A DNA stretch of 23,366 nucleotides from Eledone cirrhosa (lineage: Eukaryota). The notes under the pieces were generated by a model. It was not told the origin of the DNA. It made no database searches and saw nothing but the letters and a program-made list of their open reading frames with translations. The position numbers and the translations under genes were made by a program. Shown here in pieces: positions 11,000-20,843 of this stretch (within the stretch, counting starts at the first letter, position 1; the number at the start of each line of letters is the position of its first letter). The stretch lies in assembly GCA_964016885.1 (NCBI GenBank), contig CAXHJY010001461.1:1-23366 (forward strand). Reading direction: 5' to 3'.

Positions 11000-11928
11000 C
11001 TAGCTGAGGTACCCGGTAATACCCGGGAGCGGAGGTATTCCTAGTTCCCATTAAAATGCCCAATGCCTCTCAGACCGAAAATGAAATCAAAATATAGGAC
11101 AGATAATGAAAAGCGAAGACAAATTCATTTACGAAACAATAATTGTTTCTACTTTAGGCACAAGGCCAGCAATTACCCAGTGCATTACTGGTACTTTATT
11201 TTATCGACCACGTAAGGATGAAAGGCAAAGTTAACCTCGGCGGGATTTGAACTCAGATCGTGAAATATTGTTGATTGCATTGGTCAGGTGAAAATATGTT
11301 TGTCAGAGATGTTGAGTGTTGCTATAAGGAAAAAAATAGAACCCCCCATTAGGGGTTTCATTGCTGAAATTTTGTGAATAGGCATCGTATCTTGTCATTT
11401 ACCTATGGTTTAAATTTCATATAAATTGAAGGGAAAAACTTTCAGCGGTGGTTTTGTGCTCCCGGGGAACCCTTTCATTAAAATGAAATATACTTATCCA
11501 AGTACCTAATGGGGGAAATGTAGTTTCAGAATATATATGGTTATGGGGGTCTATCTCCAAAACCATAGGAGGAGTTCGTGAAATCTTGTTCCATTTATTG
11601 GCCAAAATTTCACTATAGGGGGTTTAACCCCCATTAGGGTGTCTTAATATTATTGAAATTTGTTGAAATTTTGTGAATCGGCATTGTATCTTGTCATTTA
11701 CCTGTGGTTTAAACTTCATATAAATCAAAGGGAAAATCTTTTAGCGGGGGTTTTCAGCGGAGGTTTGAGCCCCCGGGAACCCCTTGATTAAAATGAAATA
11801 TACGTAAGAAATCAAATGGGCATGAGCCCCACACACGTGTCAAGTTTCATCAAGATCAGTTTGGTAGTTTTTAAGTTTTAGGTTCACAAACAAACAAATA
11901 GACAGAAATTGCCATTTCTGTCTATAGA
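11000..11928 (-). mobile_element. Non-autonomous Helitron
   Basis: Minus strand reads A|TCTATA...CCCGG-GTATTA-CCGGG-8 nt-CTAG|T: 5' TC, 3' hairpin plus CTAG, inserted between A and T with no TSD. Internal diverged direct repeat at 11341-11492/11627-11802. Confidence 0.75.
11140..11260 (-). mobile_element. SINE family S, 5'-truncated, nested in the Helitron
   Basis: Reverse complement of the 3779-3929 sequence, including the B box. Confidence 0.85.
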
Positions 11929-11989
11929 TTACGAATGTCGCCCACTAATACATACCAAAGTGAAATGGTATGGACCACATTCCTTCCAT

Positions 11990-12110
11990 GTCTAAACCAC
12001 ACAACTATAGCGGAGTATACGCCAGCCCTCGTCTAAACCTCAATATTGAAGGAGAGTCACCCCCAGCGCTCGTCTAAACCACAATATTGTAGGGGTGTCA
12101 TTTCCACCCT
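11990..12110. repeat. Three diverged 41-bp tandem units
   Basis: GTCTAAACC at 11990, 12031 and 12072. Confidence 0.8.
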
Positions 12111-12113
12111 GGC

Positions 12114-12119
12114 AGTGGC

Positions 12120-12173
<54 letters not shown>

Positions 12174-12287
12174 GGTGGTGGTAGTAGCAACAGCAGTAGT
12201 AGTAGTGGTAGTAGTAGTAATAGTAGTATCAGTAGTAGTAGTAATAGTAGTAGTAGTGGTGGTAGTAGTAGTAGTAACAACAACAGC

Positions 12288-12320
<33 letters not shown>

Positions 12321-12705
12321 GGTAATAGTAGTGGTGGTAGTAGGAGCAGTAGTAGTAGTAGTAGTGGTGGTAGTAGTAGCAGTAGTAGTAGTAACAGTAG
12401 TAGTAGTGGTAGTAGTAACGGTAGTAGTAGTAGCAGCAGTAGTAGTAGTAGTAGTAGTAGTAGTAGCAGCAGTAGTAGTGGTAGTAATAGCAGTAGCCGT
12501 AGTAGCAGCAGCAGCAGCAGCAGTATCAGCAGCAGTAGTAGTAGTAGTAGTAGTAGTAGTAATGGTGGTGGTGGGGAGTGGTATTTATTGGTTAAAATCT
12601 GATATTCCACTAAATATTTTCGTGTTTACATAGTCTGAGAGTAATTATGAAAGAAAGATAGTTCGCACTAGACCACCTGTACTACTACTACTACTACTAC
12701 CACTG

Positions 12706-12736
<31 letters not shown>

Positions 12737-12765
12737 CACTACTACTACTACCACTACTACTACTA

Positions 12766-12796
<31 letters not shown>

Positions 12797-12801
12797 CACT
12801 G

Positions 12802-12835
<34 letters not shown>

Positions 12836-12845
12836 CACTGCTACT

Positions 12846-12889
<44 letters not shown>

Positions 12890-12900
12890 CACAACCAGAA
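12114..12900. repeat. (GTA)n tract 12114-12572 and complementary (TAC)n tract 12679-12900
   Basis: Direct reading. Confidence 0.95.
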
Positions 12901-12939
12901 ATACCAATACCACAGAAACAACCACATATATATACATTC

Positions 12940-12949
12940 ATTTATATAT

Positions 12950-13007
<58 letters not shown>

Positions 13008-13062
13008 GTGTATGTGCATATATATATATATATATATATGCACATGTGTGTGTATGTATGTG

Positions 13063-13097
<35 letters not shown>

Positions 13098-13134
13098 ATA
13101 CATACACACATATATATATACATACACACATATA

Positions 13135-13169
<35 letters not shown>

Positions 13170-13219
13170 TTATATATATATATATATATACATACACACA
13201 TATATATACATACACACAC

Positions 13220-13267
<48 letters not shown>

Positions 13268-13585
13268 ACACACACACACATATATATATAAATATATGTA
13301 TATATATACACACACACACACACACATATATATATACAAGACAGGAATGTATATATAAGCCACAAAGGCTAGAGTGTGTATAACACATCCCTCCACCCCA
13401 CACCACCCGTTTACAAGGCACACGTGGTTATTACATACAAGCAGGGATTAATTGGTGGTTAATTAAGCCTTAATGGGGGTGAGACACGGGTGGAGGGCGC
13501 AGGGTTGTGTAAATAGGCTGACAGATTAGCTTAATGGTAGCCATGTTAGTGAGGGCAATCTATGGCTGTATATACATATATATCG

Positions 13586-13620
<35 letters not shown>

Positions 13621-13797
13621 TATATATATAAATCTATATATATACATATATATATATATAAATCTATATATATAGATTTATACATATATATATATACATA
13701 TTACATATATATATATATATATATATATACATATTACATATATATATATGTATATATATATATAAATATATATATACACACACACACACACATACAC

Positions 13798-13858
<61 letters not shown>

Positions 13859-13860
13859 AA
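12940..13860. repeat. (TA)n/(CA)n tracts flanking a unique island at 13337-13570
   Basis: Direct reading. Confidence 0.9.
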
Positions 13861-14164
13861 ATCAAGGTTTAGCAAATAGAGAAAAAGTTTTACAATACAT
13901 TTTAAAAAGTTCGCTGTACTTACTATATGTACCTTCACCACGCGGTTTCAAATCCCAAAATAAATGGATAATCCAGGCGGATTTCCATTGAGAAGGGGAC
14001 TCTCGTCAGAAGGTTCTTTTCGCTCGGAGAATATAAAATTCCCGAGTTCAAATCACAAACTGGCGCCATACAAAACTGTTCCCGGAGAGTGAATGAGGAA
14101 AGAAACAACCTTGTCTAGTGCGCCATGTATAAAGACAGAAGGCAAGATATATATATATAAAACA

Positions 14165-14326
14165 TTGTCGGACGCCATGCTTTCCAGCATAGATACGTCC
14201 CTTTACGGTCTGAGTTCAAATCCCGTCGAGGTTAATTTTGCCTTTCATCCTTACCGGGTCGATAAAATAAAGTACCAGTAATGAACTGGATAATTGCTGG
14301 CCTTGTGCCTAAAGCAGAAACAATTA
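14165..14326 (+). mobile_element. SINE family S
   Basis: B box at ~14212-14224, same body and 3' end as the other copies. Confidence 0.85.
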
Positions 14327-14330
14327 TATA

Positions 14331-14380
<50 letters not shown>

Positions 14381-14383
<3 letters not shown>

Positions 14384-14552
14384 CAATGAACCTTGATGGG
14401 GATTTAACCCCAAAAACTCTTTCCGAGCAATATAAGGAACACTTGTGATTATTTATGCCCTTGAGAAGCCCAACTGGGCGAAACGTACGTAGGTGCTGTT
14501 TTAAATAAACATGTTTTAACGGTCTATTCTCCGATTTTCTACTTTCCCACGT
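14381..14552 (+). mobile_element. Family F Penelope-like 3' end: possible ORF C-terminus plus variant hammerhead
   Basis: AMNLDGDLTPKTLSEQYKEHL* (stop at 14446-14448) resembles the N.D.G...LS..Y/W end of PLE GIY-YIG domains. A hammerhead and AATAAA follow. Flanked by (TA)n. Confidence 0.6.
14457..14496 (+). ncRNA. Minimal hammerhead with a U3-A8 variant core
   Basis: GCCC-TTGAGAA-GCCC(aact)GGGC-GAAA-CGTACG-TA-GGTGC. Stem III is palindromic. Stem I is only 4 bp with a bulge. Confidence 0.65.
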
Positions 14553-14614
14553 ATCTATATATATATATATATATATATAATATAAGATCAAAAGATGGTT
14601 AAAGGAGTTCCATA

Positions 14615-14685
14615 TATTTTATTATGCGCATTTCAAAAACAAACATCATCATGCAATAATATTTGTGTTTTTATCAGATAAAACA
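14615..14685 (-). ncRNA. Hammerhead copy with a mutated core (CUGAUAA), predicted inactive
   Basis: Mirror image of 14796-14866 except G8 to A at 14672. Confidence 0.7.
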
Positions 14686-14795
14686 GGAGAACATGATATG
14701 AAGGCTAAAAAACACTTGTGGATAGTGCAGTTTTAAATCAACATATCAAACTGCACTATCCACAAGTGTTTTTTAGCCTTCATATCATGTTCTCC

Positions 14796-14866
14796 TGTTT
14801 TATCTGATGAAAACACAAATATTATTGCATGATGATGTTTGTTTTTGAAATGCGCATAATAAAATA
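14796..14866 (+). ncRNA. Type I hammerhead ribozyme
   Basis: TGTTTTAT-CTGATGA (14804-14810)-stem II-GAAA (14847-14850)-TGCGCA-TA-ATAAAATA. Predicted cleavage after 14858. Confidence 0.85.
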
Positions 14867-14985
14867 TATGGAACTCCTTTAACCATCTTTTGATCTTATA
14901 TTATGTATACTCCAGTCCCACAAACTGTAGAGTGCTTCTTATCCGATATCTGCATTGCTTTATTGTACTACAATAAAACTCACCT

Positions 14986-15022
<37 letters not shown>

Positions 15023-15026
<4 letters not shown>

Positions 15027-15219
15027 ATAAATTAACGGAGCCATGGGCCCTCGCCATTCCCTGTAAATAATGTGCTCAAAGGAGAAGAAATCCTGAGCTC
15101 TTTAAAATACAATATGTTGAAAACACATCAGAGAGAGATATACAGTGCGCTATCAATAAATTTTTCCGTTTTATTGATAGCGCACTGTATATCTTTCTCT
15201 GGTTTGTTACCTTTTCAAC

Positions 15220-15224
<5 letters not shown>
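15023..15224. mobile_element. Family C fold-back element
   Basis: 15023-15160 is an inverted copy of 4376-4518. 15161-15224 is a forward copy ending at CAACATATT(AT)n. Arms are ~15111-15160/15170-15224. Confidence 0.75.
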
Positions 15225-15278
<54 letters not shown>

Positions 15279-15396
15279 TTGGCCTTATTACACATATCCA
15301 AACGTTTATACCTCATTACACAATGCTTCAAGTGAACTATAACCTCCTCCCCATATATATATATATATATATATATAACATTATATATATATATAT

Positions 15397-15690
15397 CATA
15401 GATTGAGTTAGAAACTCAAAATAGTCTTTTACAATTAAATAGCTCAAGGAAGGGAATCTTTCCGAGCCGTGTAATACAAATGAATATATGAGAGTGATGA
15501 ACACCGATACAAGTATACATGTGTTCCAATTGCAAATAACCAAGTCAGCTAGGTTGAAAAAATACTAATTTAAAACAATATGGTTTGCCTGTCTCGATTT
15601 AAAGTAATAAATCAATAAAAATAACAAATCTATATCGGGCAACTGCTTTTAATACCCGGACAGATCTAAAATCTGTTTCGCAAGAATTAT
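15397..15690 (-). mobile_element. Family G element end with a hammerhead 3' half and the conserved tail stem-loop
   Basis: Minus strand GAAA-CAGAT(tttag)ATCTG-TC at 15679-15659, and GCTC-GGAA-loop-TTCC-TT-GAGC at 15467-15442, 45 nt from (TA)n. Confidence 0.55.
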
Positions 15691-15782
15691 TAAGTGAAAG
15701 CCACCATTCCTGTGCTCTTCTGCGGGTATCCAGGAAATTCGTACCTTTCACTTCATAACATATATTTATATATAACATTATA

Positions 15783-15837
<55 letters not shown>

Positions 15838-15900
15838 GGATATTATATATATCTATATCTATATATACATATATTATATATATATATATCTATATATATA

Positions 15901-16093
15901 TAATTGTTTCTACTTTTGGCTCAAGGCCAGAAATTATCCCAGTGTATTACTGGTACTTTATTTTATCGACCCCGTAGGGATGAAAGGCAAAGTTAACCTC
16001 GGCGGGATTTGAACTCAGACCATAAAGGGCCGTAACTCTTTGCTGCAAAGCACGGCGTCTGACCCTCTACCGATACTGCCAATACACCGCCCT
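15901..16093 (-). mobile_element. SINE family S, apparently full length
   Basis: Minus strand starts GGCGGTG, with A-box-like TGGCAGTATCGG and B box GAGTTCAAATCCC. Confidence 0.9.
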
Positions 16094-16310
16094 TAAAGAA
16101 CTAAGAAGGAACTACTTTAATAGAAACGATGAATCTATGACATAGTTGTGTTTGAAGGATACGTTTACACACGCACACATATATGTACGCATGTGCACAC
16201 ACACACACGCACACATATATATATATACACACATACATACATACACATATGCAAATATATATATATACACGCACATATGCATATATGTGTGTGTGTATAC
16301 TCATATTTAG

Positions 16311-16338
<28 letters not shown>

Positions 16339-16341
<3 letters not shown>

Positions 16342-16526
16342 GGAACGAGTAGGAGCCCTACGGCTGAGCTCAAGCCGTTTCGACGGCTAATTCTGAATTA
16401 GCCGTCGAAACGGCTTGAGCTCAGCCGTCGGGGTCCTACTCGTTCCTATTACCCACTCTACTACCCTAAGTATTGAGTACTTTGGTGCGTTATGGTCCAC
16501 CTGGTTCCTTACCACATTTCCTTCGT
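16339..16526 (+). mobile_element. Family B fold-back element
   Basis: 55-bp arms 16339-16393/16395-16449 (2 mismatches, 1-nt spacer). The tail is identical to 4124-4200. Confidence 0.8.
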
Positions 16527-16600
16527 TATATATATATATATACGTGTGTGTGTACACATATATTTCTTAATATGTCTATATATATATGCGTGTATATAAG

Positions 16601-16634
<34 letters not shown>

Positions 16635-16666
16635 CGTGTGTGTGCATACATATATTTCTTAATATG

Positions 16667-16724
<58 letters not shown>

Positions 16725-16787
16725 TGTGTATAAGTATATATGTAAATATATGTATGTATATATATATATATATGTGCGCGCGCGCGG

Positions 16788-16851
<64 letters not shown>

Positions 16852-17019
16852 ATATAAATATATGTATATATATGTAGTGTATATATCTATGTATAAATGA
16901 AGCGTATATATGTATGTATGTATAAACATGTAAAAAGAGAGGAGAATGGACATCATCAAAATACGGTGTGTATATATATATATATACATACACACGGCTT
17001 ATATATATATATATAAACC

Positions 17020-17067
<48 letters not shown>

Positions 17068-17142
17068 CCGTCGTATGTCAACAATATGAAATGGCGGCTA
17101 ATCTTAAATTCCTATCTCTGTAGAAATGTCACAACTTCAATG

Positions 17143-18780
17143 GTATGGTGGTGGCGGTGGTGATAGTGGTGGTGGTGGTGTGGTATGGTAGTGGTGGTGG
17201 TGGTGTGGTAGTGGTGGTGGTGGTGTGGTAGTAGCGGTGGTGATAGTGGTGGTGGTGTGGTAGCAGTGGTGGTGGTGTGGTGGTGGTGGTGGTGGTGGTA
17301 GTAGTGGTTGTTGTTGTTGTGGTAGTTGTGTGGTGGTGGTGGTAGTAGTGGTTGTTGTTGTTGTTGTGGTAGTTGTGTGGTAGTTGTGGTGGTGGCGGTG
17401 GTAGTGGTTGTTGTGGTAGTTGTGTGGTAGTAGTGGTGGTGGTGGTGGTAGTAGTGGTTGTTGTTGTTGTTGTGGTAGTTGTGTGGTAGTTGTGGTGGTA
17501 GTGGTTGTTGTGGTAGTTGTGTGGTGGTGGTGGTAGTAGTGGTTGTTGTTGTTGTGGTAGTTGTGTGGTAGTTGTGGTGGTGGTGGTAGTGGTTGTTGTT
17601 GTTGTGGTAGTTGTGTGGTAGTGGTGGTGGTGGTGGTAGTGGTTGTTGTTGTTGTGGTAGTTGTGTGGTAGTGGTGGTGGTGGTAGTGGTTGTTGTTGTT
17701 GTGGTAGTTGTGTGGTAGTGGTGGTGGCGGTGGTAGTGGTTGTTGTTGTTGTGGTAGTTGTGTGGTAGTGGTGGTGGTGTTGTCAACACCACATATATAT
17801 ATATGTACATTACATACCACACACAAACATACACTCCACACACACACCACATACAGGCACACATATACATAACAAACTTCGCACATACATACACTCCACA
17901 CACACACACATACATACACTCCACACACACACATGTACATACACTCCACAACAACAATAGCCTTAACAATAACAACAACACCACCAACCACACGACCAAC
18001 AACAACCACACTACCACCACCAACAACCACACTAACAACCACACTAACACCAACAACAACCACACTACCACTAACAACAACCACACTAACACCAACAACA
18101 ACCACACTACCACTAACAACAACCACACTAACACCACCAACAACCACACTAACAACACCAACAACCACACTACCACCAACAACAACCACACTAACACCAA
18201 CTCCACCAACAACAACCATACTACCACCACCACCAACGACAACAACACCACCACCACCACCACCAACACTACCACCACTCTACCACCACCAACACCAACC
18301 ACACTACCACCACCACCACAACAACACTACCACCACCATCACCACTCTACCACCAACAACAACAACCACACCAACACCACAACCACACTACCACCAACAA
18401 CAACCACACTAACACCAACTCCACCAACAACAACCATACTACCACCACCACCACCACCAACACTACCACCACCACCAACAACAACAACCACACTACCACC
18501 AACAACAACAACAACACTACCACCACTCCCACCGCTAACAACAACCACCGCTAACACCACAACCAAACTCCCCCCCCCCCCCACCACCACCACCACCACT
18601 AACAACAACAACACCACCACCACCAACACTACCACCACCATCAACAACAACAACCACACTACCACCTCCACCACAACAACACTACCACCACCCGACCGCT
18701 AACAACAACCACACCAACACCACAACCAAACTACCACCACCAACAACACTACTACCACCACCAACAACAACAACAGCAGC
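17143..18780. repeat. (GGT/GTT)n tract 17143-17783 and complementary (ACC/AAC)n tract 17946-18780
   Basis: Direct reading. Confidence 0.95.
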
Positions 18781-18799
18781 AATATATAAAGTACACAAA

Positions 18800-19037
18800 C
18801 CACAGAAAATCTCAGAAAGGAGAGCGCGAGCAGACGATAGATTTCGTTAAGGTTTCCCGCCTTTCAACGGAACAAGCAAGCTTAGAAAGAAAAGTTGGCG
18901 GCCGCCAGGTTAAGCCAAAAATGGCGTCGTCGCCGTCGGTACAGGGTGAAGAAGGAGGTAAATACATGGCGGAGGAGATTCAAAAAATTAAAGACGAAAA
19001 AATAAAGGAAAAAAATCAGAAGAAAAAAAATGGTTAA
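18800..19037 (+). promoter_or_regulatory. CpG-rich island: candidate promoter or first coding exon (ATG 18921, MASSPSVQGEEG, donor AG|GTAAAT at 18958)
   Basis: Local CpG excess, AAAATGGCG start/YY1-like context and a good donor. No homology recognised. Confidence 0.3.
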
Positions 19038-19314
19038 AGTTTGTTGTATATTTTGTTATTTTTTAATTTCTTTTAAGCTTTGTTATTTTTCTTCTTCTTT
19101 GGTGACGTCTGCCTGACTTATTAGTCAGAAAAAAAAGGAAAAATAAAATAAAAACATGCGACAAATATAAGGAAAACCTCAAGATGGCGCCACTGAGGTC
19201 GATCACAACGCCATTCGCTTATGTCCAAAATATCATCTCTAGTTTTTCCATCGTTAAACACCGCAGTACACCAAACCACACCAAAACCACACCACATACA
19301 TACATACATACATA

Positions 19315-19363
<49 letters not shown>

Positions 19364-19605
19364 GTACATACGTACATACATACATACACACATACATAAA
19401 TATATACATACTTACGTACATGCATACATATAGAGTCAGACATACACACAGGTACGTACACACACACACACACACACATACACACATATATATATATATA
19501 AAACAAAAAAATAAAAACTCGGAATATACACTAAAATATACATACATAATTGTGGCTTTACTAGTGTTGAATATATTACATATATATATATATACATACA
19601 TACAT

Positions 19606-19638
<33 letters not shown>

Positions 19639-19789
19639 ACGCCATACATATACTTTATCATCATTATACCTATGTGTGTATACTATTATATATATGCTAT
19701 TATACACACACACACACACACAGGCACGCATACACACACACACAGGCACGCATACACACACACACACACACACACACAGGCACGCATAC

Positions 19790-19866
19790 AGAGTATTTAA
19801 TGCCGTCTTGTCTAGACCGGCTCATGAAATCTTCAATGTTTTGCTTCGGTATTGCCTCTGTCTCGT
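19790..19866 (-). CDS. Candidate 77-nt internal exon of an unidentified gene
   Basis: Acceptor TGTGTCTACTTAG and donor GTATGC. Only one frame is open: xETEAIPKQNIEDFMSRSRQDGIKYS. Confidence 0.3.
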
Positions 19867-19879
19867 CTAAGTAGACACA

Positions 19880-19948
19880 ATCACGACAACACTAGCAACA
19901 ACAACAACAATAACAACCACCACTACCACTACTACTACTACTACTAGA

Positions 19949-19980
<32 letters not shown>

Positions 19981-20225
19981 AACAACGGGAACATTAATTA
20001 CAACTAAAGTAACAACTACAACAACAATGACGATATTAACAACAACTACTACTACTACTACCACTACTACTACTACCACTACTACTACTAGGACAATATT
20101 AACAATAACAACAACAACAACAACAACAACTACAACGGGAACATTAATAACAACTACTACTACTACTACTACTACTACTACAACTAGGACAATATTAACA
20201 ACAACAACAACAGCAGTAACAACAA
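19880..20225. repeat. (ACT)n/(ACA)n tract with an internal duplication
   Basis: Direct reading. Confidence 0.9.
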
Positions 20226-20329
20226 AAGCTGATAAGTACTAAGACACTCAGAACATCTACAGCAGCCATATTGGTTTCCTGGAATTATTATACAACAACG
20301 ACGACAATACTGCTGTTAATAACAATAAA

Positions 20330-20606
20330 TGTTTCTACTTTTGGCACAAGGCCAGCAATTACCCCAGTGCATTACTGGTACTTTATTTTATCGACCCCCG
20401 TAAGGATGAAAGGCAAAGTTAACCTCGGCGGGATTTGAACTCAGATCACAAAAGGACGTAACTCAACTCTATGCTGCAAAGGCATGGCGTCCGACCCTCT
20501 ACCGATACTGCCAATCCACCGCTTTTTACCAGACCGCAAAGGGCCGTAACTCTATGCTGCCAAGCGTGGCGTCCGACCCTCTACCGATACTGCCAATCCA
20601 CCGCCT
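20330..20606 (-). mobile_element. SINE family S with a tandemly duplicated 5' head
   Basis: Full copy at 20330-20523 plus a second head at 20530-20606. Confidence 0.85.
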
Positions 20607-20718
20607 TAGTAAACACTATTAAAAGTAATAATGCTTTCTTTATGAGCCACACAGGGCTCACATTAAGGAGACATTAAAGACGGTACAGGATGGTACAACG
20701 AGGTGGGGGGGGGGGTAG

Positions 20719-20843
20719 GTTTCTGATTCAGGTACAAGGGCAACACTATTGGAAGAAGAGATGGTCGATTAAATCAACCCCCAGTGTATTACTGGTACTT
20801 TATTTTATCGACCTCCGTAAGGATGAAAGGCAAAGCTAACCTC
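20719..20843 (-). mobile_element. SINE family S variant, 3' part
   Basis: Same central domain, with an extra GTCGATTAAATCAACCCC segment. Confidence 0.75.

Larger units (their letters stand above)
14577..14988 (+). mobile_element. Family A full fold-back element
   Basis: 157-bp arms 14577-14733/14748-14904 with a single mismatch, then an 84-nt tail ending in AATAAAACTCACCTCCT(AT)n. Confidence 0.85.

Noticed and set aside
9681-11063. 460-aa Thr/Pro-rich mucin-like ORF on the minus strand
   Set aside because: Composed of (ACC/AAC)n repeats, starts at a non-ATG codon inside the Helitron end, and similar tracts occur in both orientations nearby. The donor-like CAG|GTATGT near 10573 is not sufficient support.
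11990-12110. CRISPR-like repeat/spacer periodicity
   Set aside because: Only 9 bp are invariant, the spacers are related to each other, there are no cas genes and the context is eukaryotic.
13968-14012. Minus-strand CTGACGA-GAG..CTC-aatg-GAAA-TCC..GGA-TT
   Set aside because: There is a four-nucleotide insertion before GAAA and no stem I pairing, so it is treated as a chance near-match.
14577-14904. MITE or miRNA precursor interpretation of the long hairpins
   Set aside because: The asymmetric tail beyond one arm, the embedded hammerheads and the short forms lacking TIR symmetry fit retroelement ends better. Small-RNA production is not excluded.
15274-15352. Short TA-flanked islands (also 4219-4296 and 3534-3622) as further element families
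   Set aside because: Single copies with no hammerhead or tail stem-loop visible; plausible but unsupported within this window.
15901-16093. tRNA gene suggested by A and B boxes
   Set aside because: No cloverleaf, and it is a multi-copy sequence with a shared body, so it is a SINE head.
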